Shown here: positions 15,001-26,470 of the stretch, piece after piece
Layout: each line of letters begins with the position of its first letter
Numbering within the stretch: the stretch's first letter is position 1
From: Squalus acanthias
Lineage: Eukaryota
DNA length: 64,000 bases
Direction: 5' to 3'
Assembly (NCBI GenBank): GCA_030390025.1
Contig: CM059438.1
Location: 60,204,001 to 60,268,000, forward strand
Notes under the pieces: generated by a model
Databases searched by the model: none
Told to the model about the DNA's origin: nothing
The model's input: only the letters and a program-made list of their open reading frames with translations
Made by a program: the position numbers and the translations under genes

Positions 15001-18000
15001 AGGAAATCAGTTCAAGGTGATATCAGTGTAGGGGTACTGTCAGGAAATCAGTTCAGAGTGATATCACGGTCGGGATACTGTCAGTAAATCAGTTCAAGGT
15101 GATATCAGTGCAGGGTACAGTCTGAAATCAGTTCAAGGTGATATCAGTGCAGGGTACAGTCAGGAAATCAGTTCAAGGTGATGTCAGTGTAGGGTACAGT
15201 CAGGAAATCAGTTCATGGTGATATCAGTTTCGGGTACAGTCACGAAATCTGTTCTAGGTGATGTCAGTGTAGGGTACAGTCAGGAAATCAGTTCATGGTG
15301 ATATCAGTTTAGGGTACAGTCAGGAAATCTGTTCAAGATGATGTCAGTGTAGGGTACAGTCAGGAAATCAGTTCATGGTGATATCAGTTTAGGGTACTGT
15401 CAGGAAATCAGTTCAGAGTGATATCAGTGTAGGGGTACAGTCAGGAAATCAGTTCAAGGTGATATAATTGTCGGGGTACTGTCAGGAAATTAGGTCAGGT
15501 TGATATCAGTGTGGGGTACAGTCAGGAAATAAGTTCATCGTGATATCAGAGTAGGGGTACAGTCAGGAAATCAGTTCAAGGTGATGTCACTGTCGGGGTA
15601 CAGACAGGAAATCAGTTCAAGGTGATATCAGTGTAGGGTACAGTCAGGAAATCCGGTCAAAGTGATATCAGTGTAGGGTACAGTAAGGAAATCAGGTCAA
15701 GGTGATATCAGTGTAGATATGGTCTAGAAATCTGTTCAAGGTGATATCAGTGTAGGGGTACAGTCAGGAAATCAATTCAAGGTGATATCAGTGTAGGGGT
15801 ACAGTCAGGAAATCAGTTCAAGGTGATATCACTGTCGGGGTACAGTCAGGAAATCAGTTCAAGGTGATATCAGTGTCGGTGTACAGTCAGGAAATCAGTT
15901 CAAGGTGATATCAGTGTAGGGGTACAGTCAGGAAATCAGTTCAAGGTGATATCAGTGCAGGGGTACAGTCAGGAAATCAGTTCAAGGTGATATCAGTGTA
16001 GGGGTACAGTCAGGAAACCAGTTCAATGTGATTTCATTGTAGGGGTACTGTCAGGAAATCAGTTCAGAGTGATATCACGGTCGGGATACTGTCAGGAAAT
16101 CAGTTCAAGGTGATATCAGGTTAGGGTATATTCAGGAAATCAGTTCATGGTGATATCAGTGTAGGGGTACAGTCAGGAAATCAGTTCAAGGTGACATCAG
16201 TTTTGGGGTACAGTCAGGAAATCAGTTGAAGGTAATATCAGTGTAGGTATTGTCTAGAAATCTGTTCAAGCTGATATCAGTTTTGGGGTACAGTCAGGAA
16301 ATCAGTCAATGTGATATCAGTGTAGGGTACAGTCAGGAAATAAGTTCAAGGTGATATCAGAGTAGGGGTACAGTCAGGAAATCAGTTCATGATGATATCA
16401 GTGTAGGGTACAGTCAGGAAATCTGTTCAAGGTGATGTCAGTGTAGGGTACAGTGAGGAAATCAGTTCAAGGTGATCTCAGTGTAGGGGTACAGTCAGGA
16501 AATCAGTTCATGGTGATATCAGTTTCGGGTACAGTCAGGAAATCTGTTCAAGGTGATGTCAGTGTAGGGTACAGTCAGGAAATCAGTTCATGGTGATATC
16601 AGTTTAGGGTACAGTCAGGAAATCAGTTCAAGGTGATATCAGTGTAGGGTACAGTCAGGAAATCAGTTCAAGGTGATATCAGTGTAGGGGTACTGTCAGG
16701 AAATCAGTTCAAGGTGATATCAGTGTAGGGTACAGTCAGGAAATCAGTTCAAGGTGATATCATTGTCGGGGTCTGTCAGGAAATCAGTTCAGGTTGATAT
16801 CAGTGTAGGGTACAGTCAGGAAATCAGTTCAAGGTGATATCAGTGTAGGGTACAGTCAGGAAATCAGTTCAAGGTGATATCAGTGTAGGGTACAGTCAGG
16901 AAATCAGTTCAAGGTGATATCAGTGTCGGGTACAGTCAGGAAATCAGTTCAAGGTGATATCAGTGTAGGGGTACAGTCAGGAAATCAGTTCAAGGTGATA
17001 TCAGTGTAGGGGTACAGTCAGGAAATCAGTTCAGAGTGATATCACGGTCGGGATACTGTCAGTAAATCAGTTCAAGGTGATATCAGTGTAGGGGTACAGT
17101 CAGGAAATCAGTTCAAGGTGATATCAGTGCAGGGTACAGTCAGGAAATCAGTTCAAGGTGATGTCAGTGTAGGGTACAGTCAGGAAATCAGTTCATGGTG
17201 ATATCAGTTTCGGGTACAGTCACGAAATCTGTTCTAGGTGATGTCAGTGTAGGGTACAGTCAGGAAATCAGTTCATGGTGATATCAGTTTAGGGTACAGT
17301 CAGGAAATCTGTTCAAGATGATGTCAGTGTAGGGTACAGTCAGGAAATCAGTTCATGGTGATATCAGTTTAGGGTACTGTCAGGAAATCAGTTCAGAGTG
17401 ATATCAGTGTAGGGGTACAGTCAGGAAATCAGTTCAAGGTGATATAATTGTCGGGGTACTGTCAGGAAATTAGGTCAGGTTGATATCAGTGTGGGGTACA
17501 GTCAGGAAATAAGTTCATCGTGATATCAGAGTAGGGGTACAGTCAGGAAATCAGTTCAAGGTGATGTCACTGTCGGGGTACAGACAGGAAATCAGTTCAA
17601 GGTGATTTCAGTGTAGGGTACAGTAAGGAAATCCGGTCAAAGTGATATCAGTGTAGGGTACAGTAAGGAAATCAGGTCAAGGTGATATCAGTGTAGATAT
17701 GGTCTAGAAATCTGTTCAAGGTGATATCAGTGTAGGGGTACAGTCAGGAAATCAATTCAAGGTGATATCAGTGTAGGGGTACAGTCAGGAAATCAGTTCA
17801 AGGTGATATCAGTGTCGGGGTACAGTCAGGAAATCAGTTCAAGGTGATATCAGTGTAGGGGTACAGTCAGGAAATCAGTTCAAGGTGATATCAGTGTAGG
17901 GGTACAGGTCAGAAATCAGTTCAAGGTGATATCAGTGTAGGGGTACAGTCAGGAAAGCAGTTCAAGGTGATATCAGTGTAGGGGTACTGTCAGGAAACTC

Positions 18001-19410
18001 AGTTCAGATGTGACTGTCAGGAAGTCAGGTGATACTGTCGATTCAGGAAATCAGTTCAAGGTGATATCAGGCAGGGTACAGTCTGAAATCAGTTCAAGGT
18101 GATATCAGGTGCAGGGTACAGTCAGGAAATCAGTTCAAGGTGATATCAGTGTGGGGTACAGTCAGGAAAATCAGTTCAAGGTGATATCAGTGCTAGGGTA
18201 CAGTCAGGAAATCAGTTCAAGGTGATGTCAGTGTAGGGTACAGTCAGGAAACCAGTTCAAGGTGATATCAGTGTTAGGGGTACTGTCAGGAAATCAGTTC
18301 AGAGTGATATCAGTGTAGGGTACAGTCAGGCAAATCAGTTCAAGGTGATATCAGTGTAGGGGTTCAGTCAGGAAATCAGTTCAGAGTGATATCACGTGTC
18401 GGGATACAGTCAGGAAATGAGTTCAAGTGGTATTAGGTTAGGGGACTGTCAGGAAATCAGGTCAAGGTGATGTCAGTCTAGGGGTACAGTCAGGAAATCC
18501 AGTTCAAGGTGATATAGAGTTAGAGGGTACAGTCAGGAATCTGTTCAAGGTGATATCAGTGTAGGGGGGTACAGTCAGGAAATCATTTCAAGGTGATATC
18601 AGTGTAGGGTACAGTCAGGAAATCAGTTCAAGGTGATATCAGTTTTGGGGTACAGTCAGAAATCAGTTCAAGGTGATTTCAGTGTAGGGTTCAGTCAGGA
18701 ATCAGTTCAAGGTGATGTCAGTGTAGGGTACAGTCAGGAATCAGTTCAAGGTGAATCAGTGTAGGGTACAGTCAGAAAACCAGTTTCAAGAGTGATATCA
18801 GGTGAGGGTACAGTCAGGAAATCTAGGTCACGAGTGATATCAGTGTAGGGTACAGTCAGGAAATCACGTTCAAGGTGATATCAGAGAAGGGGTACAGTCA
18901 GGAAATCAGTTCAAGGTGATATCAGTGTAGGGTACAGACAGGAAATCAGTTCAAGGTGATTTCAGTGTAGGGGTACCGTCAGGAAATCAGTTCAGAGTGA
19001 TATCAGTGTCGGGTACAGTCAGGAAATCAGTTCAAGGTGATATCAGTGTAGGGTGCAGTCAGGAAATCAGTCAAGATGATATCAGTGTAGGGGTACAGTC
19101 AGGAAAACAGTTCAGCGTGATATCAGTGTAGGGATACTGTCAGGAAATCAGTTCAAGGTGATATCAGTGTAGGGGTACTGTCAGGAAATCAGTTCAAGGT
19201 GATATCAGTGTAGGGTACAGTCAGGAAATCAGTTCAAGGTGATATCAGTGTAGGGTACAGTCAGGAAATCAGTTCAAGGTGATATCAGTGTAGGGTACAG
19301 TCAGGAAATCAGTTCAAGGTGATATCAGTGTAGGGTACAGTCAGGAAATCAGTTCAAGGTGATATCAGTGTAGGGGTACAGTCAGGAAATCAGTTCAAGG
19401 TGATATCAGT
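1..19410. repeat. Satellite array, 40/41-bp unit (CAGTCAGGAAATCAGTTCAAGGTGATATCAGTGTAGGG[G]TA)
   Basis: Continuous tandem copies from window start to the N gap. Diagnostic variant monomers recur in kb-scale blocks. Confidence 0.99.
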
Positions 19411-19910
19411 NNNNNNNNNNNNNNNNNNNNNNNNNNNNNNNNNNNNNNNNNNNNNNNNNNNNNNNNNNNNNNNNNNNNNNNNNNNNNNNNNNNNNNNNNN
19501 NNNNNNNNNNNNNNNNNNNNNNNNNNNNNNNNNNNNNNNNNNNNNNNNNNNNNNNNNNNNNNNNNNNNNNNNNNNNNNNNNNNNNNNNNNNNNNNNNNNN
19601 NNNNNNNNNNNNNNNNNNNNNNNNNNNNNNNNNNNNNNNNNNNNNNNNNNNNNNNNNNNNNNNNNNNNNNNNNNNNNNNNNNNNNNNNNNNNNNNNNNNN
19701 NNNNNNNNNNNNNNNNNNNNNNNNNNNNNNNNNNNNNNNNNNNNNNNNNNNNNNNNNNNNNNNNNNNNNNNNNNNNNNNNNNNNNNNNNNNNNNNNNNNN
19801 NNNNNNNNNNNNNNNNNNNNNNNNNNNNNNNNNNNNNNNNNNNNNNNNNNNNNNNNNNNNNNNNNNNNNNNNNNNNNNNNNNNNNNNNNNNNNNNNNNNN
19901 NNNNNNNNNN
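19411..19910. other. Assembly gap (500 N)
   Basis: Run of n characters. Confidence 1.
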
Positions 19911-20099
19911 TTGAGGAATCAATATCGAGATTTGCCAATGACCCCCAATTAGGGAATGTGGCCCATTCTGACACAGAGCTTGTAAGACACTGGTCGCAGG
20001 ATGGGCAGATGAAGTTCAATGTCGCAAAGTACACGAAATACATTTGGAAGTAAGAGTAGGGAAAATGCAAAAACATAAATTGAAACAAGAAAGAAAAAA

Positions 20100-20450
20100 A
20101 AGAAAGGCTTGCATTTATAGAGCGCCTTTCACGATCTTCGGATGTCCCAAAGCGGTTTACAGCCAATAAAGTACTTTTGAAATGTAATGTAGGAAATGCA
20201 GCAGCCAATTTGTGCAAAGCCAGGACTCTGGGGACAACTCCCCTGCTCTTCTTCAAATAGTGCCATGGGCTATTTTACATCCACCTGCGAGGGCAGACAG
20301 GGCCTCAATTTAACGTCTCAACCAAAAGATGGCACCTTCCACAGTGCAGCATTGGAGAGTCAGCCTAGATTTTGCTCTCAAGTCTCTGGAGTAGAACCGG
20401 TACCCACAATGTTCTGACCCAGAGGTGAGTGCCACCACTGAGCCACAGCT
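20100..20450 (-). mobile_element. tRNA-headed Deu-domain SINE (SacSINE1/AmnSINE-like)
   Basis: Minus strand starts TGGCTCAGTGGTGGCACTC (A-box-like), followed by a Deu-like core (GCACTGTGGAAGGTGCCATCTTT...CCCATGGCACTATTTGAAGAAGAGCAGGGG). Family assignment is from memory. Confidence 0.7.
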
Positions 20451-20736
20451 GACACATCGAGTAACTTTGTGAATCTGTGTGTGATGAGGGCTCAGTCATC
20501 CCTGCTCCTTTTAGCAGCACCAGAATTTTAAACTTTTCAAAAAAGGAACAGAAATTTCTATCAGGTAATAATTTGACAGCTGTGTTTAAGCTCGGCAGTC
20601 TGCTTCTCTGATTCACGGCACAGCACAGTTCCGAGTCAAGAGGAGCTACATACTCAAGCCTCGCTTCGCAGTGTCCGTCTCCTCAGACGGATACTGTTCC
20701 ACCTCGGGATCAGGGCCCAATGGCCTACTCCTGCTC

Positions 20737-23700
20737 CTATTTCTTATGTTCAATTGCTGGATACTTTGGCCTCTGGAATTTCTTCCCAAATTTTTCTAAA
20801 ATAGGAGACAGAATGACACCTTTCTGGCGTTTTCTCTTCTGGGTTTTTGTTCCAAGTTGCAGCTTCTTTAATGAATGATTCATGCCCTGCATTTCTTCAA
20901 CCACCGCCAATTAGTCTGGCCCAGCTTCTGCTCTGCCGTAGCACCGAACTGTGCCCCAGTGTGGAGAATAGTGCACAGTCTTGGACACTATTATAGGAAG
21001 GACACAGAAGCAATGGGAAAGGTGCAGTGTGGATTCACTGGGATGTTACCAGGGATGAGGGCCCACAGTTATGCAGAGAAACTTGAGACGGTGGGGCTTT
21101 TCTTCACCGGATCTGAGAAAGGTGACCTGATAGAGGTCTTTAAGATTGTGAAAGTTTCTGAGCAGGTAAGTCGTGAGAGATTGTTTCCACTGTCCCCAAC
21201 ATGATAGAGGGCCTAAAATTCCAATAATCACAGAAAGAATTAAAGGAGAGGGTGAAACAAATTCTTTTCACAGAGGCTGATTGGAATCTGGAATTCTCGG
21301 CCACAAACCAGTGTTGAAGCAAAGCCGTCGATTCTTTTAAAAGGGAATTAGATACAGGAAACTTTCGTTTATCCGGCATCGACGGGACCGGCGTGGTGCC
21401 GGTTTATCGAAAGTACCGGATAACGGAGAGTTATATCTACCGAGGCTATTTTTAACAAAGAGACTCCAGGCAGCGCGGGAGAATCAACTCCTGCTACTGC
21501 AGTGTTTCGGACTTCCGACAGCGCCAGGAGGCCGAGTAGTGGCACTTTTGAAAAGTTGCCCTACTGACTAAATCGGCGTTCTCGGACTCGGGATCGGCAA
21601 CATTGCCGGTTATTTGAGAGGAGTTTTCGGAGCACTCGGCGTTCGCGGAGACTCGACTGCGACTCAGCAACATTGCCAATTATTTGAGAGGTGTTTTCGG
21701 AGGATGATTTTTGCCGGTTAAGCGAGAATTCCGGATATTTGGGTGCCGGATAAACGAAAGTTTCCTGTAGTTGCTTGAAAAAGAGGAATATTAAAGGGAA
21801 TGGGCCGAGTTGGACCAGGCAGTGGCTCACATGGAGAGAAACACTACAACAGACAGGGTGGGACAAGGCCACGGAGGGACTTAGAGGGAAGGACGAGGCT
21901 TTTGAATTGAATTGTGACTCATCCAGGACTGACGACCAACTGTATTCTCCACACTCCTTGCACCACTGATGGGCTTTGTGTTGTCTGACAAGCATCCCGA
22001 CAACACAAAGTCAATTGGGGAGTTGAGAGAAGTGGTGAAGAGGTGGAACTGGATGTCATCAGCATACCATGGAAAGATGATTCTGTGTCTCCACATGATG
22101 TTACCGAGGGGCAGCATACAATTACATGTGTGTATACACGTACTTATAAGAACAAACAAGTACATACAGGCACATATACTTACCCATAAATACAGACAGG
22201 TACAGGTACTTCTAAGTATATACAAATACATACAACTACACATCGGTACTTCAAGGTACATCGAGATAAATACGGGTACATACAATATATGAAATGAGTA
22301 TTCTACCAACTGGGACTGTGCTATAAATGTGTCCTTTACCACATCACCCACATCCGAAGAACAGATAATCTAATAGAACAGTTTTCCTGTCAGACATTAA
22401 CTGCCATGGAACTCCATTCCAATGAGGAAATATCAATGATTTCCCTGGGAAATAAGTCGCATTTATGACTACAGAGAGTGAGGGCGGAGCCAGTATTAAC
22501 CCACGGTGTGGACTGTGGGATTATTGCACAATTACTGAGTAATGGGACACACCGACACCCACATACATCCCACACAGTAAAATGTGTCTCCGTCGAGACC
22601 CTGCCAGCCTCCCGCCCACTGGGCTCGTTTCTCAAACACCCCCCGGGCACCAGCCCTCAGACTGGGTCACTTTCCTTGGCATCCAAGTGGGTTCCAGAAA
22701 TATCCGATCCTGTTATGATGTCGCTCTCGACTCTAACCAAGTCATACCTTCAATCCTTTCATTATCGTATTGTGTCATTCATTAAAAGGAAATACTTACT
22801 CATAGCTTTTTTGCCTAATTTCCATAGTTTACGGAAAAATCGTTTCTGGATGTGCTCACTGGTTGCTGACTCTAAAGAAACAGGATGAGACACGGTGCTG
22901 GTTAGTATTCAGGATCCTCTGTGTTTGGTAAAGTTTGCTAGTTATCACTGAGCACTGGGTGACTTTCATGTTGACAAATGTATATGACAGTGTTCAGTGC
23001 TTCAGTGCCAACAGCAAATGTATTCCCAATAAAAATCCTGTCAAATCTCATTTCTTGATGTTTTATTCTGCAGTTTATACAGACTGACACAAAATAGCAC
23101 AGCCTCTCTGGGAATACGAGCAGTGTGGCCCCTTAAATGGGACCCACTCCCTCCTGACCCAGATAACCTCCTTATTGTGACCGGGCTGAGATCAGCTCAC
23201 TCTGCGCAGACCAAGGATCAAACCTGGACCAGGAGTGGGCCATTCAGCCTCTCCACCATTCAATGAGATCATGGCTGCTCTGTACCTCAGCGCCATTTCC
23301 CCACCTTAGCCCAATATCCCTTGATACCCTTACCCAACAAACAGCTGTCGATCTCAGTCTTGAAAGCTCCAATTGACCCCCAGCATCCACAGCCTTTTGT
23401 GGGAGAGAGTTCCAGATTTCCACTACCCGTCATGTGAAAAAGTGCTTCCTGATTTCACTCCTGAACGGCCGAGCTCTAATTTTAAGATTGTGTTCCCTCG
23501 TTCTTAACTCCCCCATCAGAGGAAATAGTTTCTGTGTCTACCCTCTCAAATCATTTTAACATTTCAAACACCTCGATCAGATCACCCCTCAATCATCTAA
23601 ACTCAAGGGAATACAAGCCAAGTTTATGCAAGCTGTCCTCATTATTTAACCCTCTAAGCCCGGTATCATTCTGGTGAATCTGCGCTGCAGCCCTTTCAAG

Positions 23701-25765
23701 GTCAATATATTCTTCCTGAGGTGCGGTGCCCAGAACAGAACAGACTGCTCCAGATGGGGTCTGACCAAGGCTCAGTACACCTGAAGCATCACTTCCTGCT
23801 CTGTGTCTCAGCAGCAAAGGACCTTTATTGTGGAGCGACAGACTGACTTGTTAATGTTCCTGACACTTACCCAGGTCTCGATTCTGTGGGTCGCGAACCT
23901 CAGACTCAGAATCAGCCAATTCACGCAGCGCCTCTTCTGAAATGAATAGAAAGTGTTGTATTTTAACACGGCTACCAGTGTAGATTATCTCCTCACATTA
24001 TCAGTTATCTCCACGATTACTCCAATATTCAAAGCAGCTGACTGGAGATGTTTGCTGTCTCCTCATAGAATTACACAGAATGTACAGCACAGAAACAGGC
24101 CATTCGGCCCAACTGGTCTGTGTCGGTGTTTATGTTCCACACCAGTCTCCTCCCACCCTACTTCATCTCACTCTATCAGCATCTCCTTCTATTCCTTTCT
24201 CCCACAGGTACTTATCTAGCTTCCCCTTAAATGCATCTCTGCTATTCGCCTCAACTACTCCTTGTGGTAGTGAGTTCCACATTCTCACCACTCTCTGGGT
24301 AAAGGAATTCCTCCTGAATTCCCGATTGGATTTATTAGTGACTATCTTATATTCATAAACCCTAGTTTGGAGTCCACCAGAAGTGGAGATAGTGTCTCCA
24401 CATCTACGCTATCGAACCTCTTAATAATGTTAAAGATCTCTATTAGGTCCCCCCTCAGCCTTCTCTTTTCTATTTTCACGAATTCACTTTCCACTCAAAC
24501 CCCCACAACAGATACTCCAAGATAGACTACTGCTTCCTGAAGCAATCCCACCTATCCCAAATCACACACTGTGAAATAGGGTAAAGAGTGGGAAGAGATG
24601 TGTGCTGCTCCTCCTCAGTTACTTTTTATTCCTGTTTTACTCGGGCCGTGTGTCAGTGTAGGTTCCTGACAATAGAAACCCTGGAAACCTACATTTCTCA
24701 GCCCATTGCACACAGTGGATGGAGAGGCTGCCCCTGGACTCACTCACACTTCAGTCTGTTTCCCCTCCTTTCGTTCCCCATCAGTGTCATTTCAGGGTGA
24801 CTGTGGGCCTTGTGTTTTCCTCTCCAATGTTTCTCCATTCCTGCCCACTCATTAAGATGCTGACCCATTCACTGGGATAGGCTCCATGGCCATGGTCACC
24901 CTGGAGGTTGCGGGAGCCTCGACAGGAAGTGTTGGCAGGCTATGTGACTGAGGAGGGAGTCCCAGCCCAGGATTCTGCCCTCAGACACTGACCCTCAACA
25001 GAGAAGGTTCACAGCGATCGAGAGTGGCATTCATGGCCAATCTCCCCTTTTCTAACCCAGGGCACTGCTCCCGATTGTGATGTCCCTGAGATCCTCTTGC
25101 TCAGCGCAGAGCCGGGAGCAGGTGGAGTGGGGGGGGGGGGGGTGCGGGTGGGACCTGGTCTGCAAGGCAGAGAAACGCATGGACATGTTAACAGTACTAA
25201 CACTTACCCAGCTCTCGCATCTGTGCATCATTTACGTCAGATTCCCCACGCAGTGCCTCTTCTGGAATAAATAGAACATGTTATATTTTATCCTGGAATT
25301 TCAGTGCAGAATATTTCCTAAATTACGGCCTGTCTCTCTGTTTAATGTAGTCCACACAGCTGAGTTCAGTCGCACCTGTATAATGGGCAGAGTGTATAAG
25401 GGGCTGGTGTCTAACCAATCTGCAATCTCCTGTTTTACACCAACACTGACAGTTAAATTCAGCCCTTTACTGTGGCCCAGTATCTAACGCATTGCTGAAA
25501 TCTGAATATCTGGCACCCACACAATTTCTGTGGCTAGCAAGCTTCAACATTTCTTCGAATTCCTCCAGTAAACTTGTTGGGCAAGCCCTTCTTCCCATAA
25601 TTCCGTGCCCACTCCCTCTAACCCTACCATATCCCAGTTGGCTCATCTGAGCTCAGACCCCAATTGAACAGTTAATTAGTGTTATAATCACTCACCGGCC
25701 CCAGCAGAATGGAGGGCGATCGCACACAACGCAGCCAACAGCACTAGAAGAGAAAGTGGCTTCAT
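20737..25765 (-). CDS. Secreted cationic peptide precursor, copy A (candidate antimicrobial peptide). Exons 25765-25696, 25261-25208, 23936-23871, 22871-22800, 20795-20737; 106 aa
   Basis: Manual splice: [106 protein letters not shown]. Donors GTGAGT/GTAAGT, polypyrimidine-AG acceptors, all phase 1. Internal exons are 54, 66 and 72 nt. TATA box lies ~50 nt upstream of the ATG. Confidence 0.85.
20960..21352 (+). mobile_element. Degenerate CR1 LINE 3' fragment
   Basis: Translation ...[25 protein letters not shown]...[11 protein letters not shown] resembles the CR1 ORF2 C-terminus. Confidence 0.75.
21355..21767. mobile_element. Tc1/mariner (pogo/Tigger-like) MITE, 413 bp, copy A only
   Basis: 24-bp perfect TIR CAGGAAACTTTCGTTTATCCGGCA ... 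TGCCGGATAAACGAAAGTTTCCTG flanked by TA. Empty site (GAATTAGATAGTTGC) is present in copy B near 51115. Confidence 0.93.
21785..22120 (-). mobile_element. Degenerate L2-like LINE RT fragment (also in copy B at ~51135-51470)
   Basis: Translation [24 protein letters not shown] contains the YADD motif. Confidence 0.65.
23245..23800 (-). mobile_element. CR1 LINE 3' fragment (also in copy B at ~52605-53160)
   Basis: Translations ...LGLYSLEFR and [27 protein letters not shown] match the CR1 ORF2 C-terminus, followed by 3' UTR. Confidence 0.85.
24064..24472 (-). mobile_element. CR1-type LINE 3' fragment (also in copy B at ~53424-53832)
   Basis: Begins CATAGAATTACACAGAATGTACAGCACAGAAACAGGCCATTCGGCCC (reverse-complemented tail) and contains a CR1-like TTTACCCAGAGAGTGGTGAGAATGTGGAACTC segment. 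Confidence 0.75.
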
Positions 25766-25813
25766 TTTCCCGAGCTGTGATGTCGAGTGATGAGCTGCAC
25801 TCTCCTCCGGTCC

Positions 25814-25970
25814 TTTATATACCGTCTTATCATCGCATCTCAGAATTGGTCCCAATCTCACTTTCCAAGAATCCCCTTGTCCATTGTCAGGACAATGCTC
25901 ACCTGGTTGATAATCTGATTCCAGGTAACGGCCGTGACAGATAGTAGAATGACAAACCTCAAATGAGTCA
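25814..25970 (-). promoter_or_regulatory. Promoter of peptide gene A: TATA 25814-25821, GATA ~25826-25831, CCAAT ~25852, GAS/STAT TTCCAAGAA 25863-25871, AP-1 TGAGTCA 25964-25970
   Basis: Consensus motifs clustered within 205 nt upstream of the ATG and identical in copy B. Function is inferred. Confidence 0.65.
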
Positions 25971-26040
25971 CCGCCTGTCTTTAAAGCATTCATTGCTATT
26001 TCATCTTTTATTACCAGAACTGATAAACAAATGAAGATTG

Positions 26041-26470
26041 CCTATACTCATTGGAGTTTAGAAGAATGAGCGGTGATCTTATTGAAACGTATAAGATTCT
26101 GAGGGGGCTTGACAAGGTAGATGCAGGTAGGATGTTTCCCCTTGGGGGGAATCTAGAACTGGGGGCATAGTTTCAGAATAAGGGGTCGCCCCTTTAAAAC
26201 GGAGATGAGGAGGAATTTCTTCTCTCAGAGGGTTGTGAATCTTTGGAATTCTCTACCCCAGAGAGCTGTGGTGGCTGGGTTATTAAATATATTTAAGGTG
26301 GAGATAGACAGATTTTTGAACGATAAGGGAGTCAAGGGTTATGGGGAATGGGCAGGAAAGTGGAGTTGAGGCCAAGACCAGATCAACCATGATCATATCG
26401 AATGGCGGAGCAGGCTCGAGGGACAAATGGCCTACTCCTGCTCCTATTTCTTATGTTCTTATGTTCTTAT
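26041..26470 (+). mobile_element. 5'-truncated HER/CR1 LINE 3' end (also in copy B at 55359-55786)
   Basis: CR1 ORF2 C-terminus plus 3' UTR ending CTCCTGCTCCTATTTCTTATGTTCTTATGTTCTTAT. Confidence 0.92.

Noticed and set aside
17900..18900. Apparently more degenerate satellite subfamily
   Set aside because: Scattered 1-bp indels near the contig end look like low-coverage long-read errors.
19390..20256. ORFs spanning the N run
   Set aside because: Artefacts of translating through the gap.
22120..22292. ORFs rich in Y/I/H/C
   Set aside because: Low-complexity TA/CA-rich degenerate microsatellite.
25696..25765. Osteocalcin (bglap) or matrix Gla protein, suggested by the signal peptide
   Set aside because: Downstream exons contain no Gla motif (E-x-x-x-E-x-C) and no cysteines; they encode a Lys-rich peptide.
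20737..25765. Cathelicidin, defensin or hepcidin assignment
   Set aside because: No cathelin domain and no cysteines after the signal peptide. The similarity is compositional only.
25688..25993. 101-aa ORF as a single-exon gene (also 55006-55311)
   Set aside because: It runs through the promoter and into intron 1. Only the segment from MKPLSL to the GTGAGT donor fits an exon.
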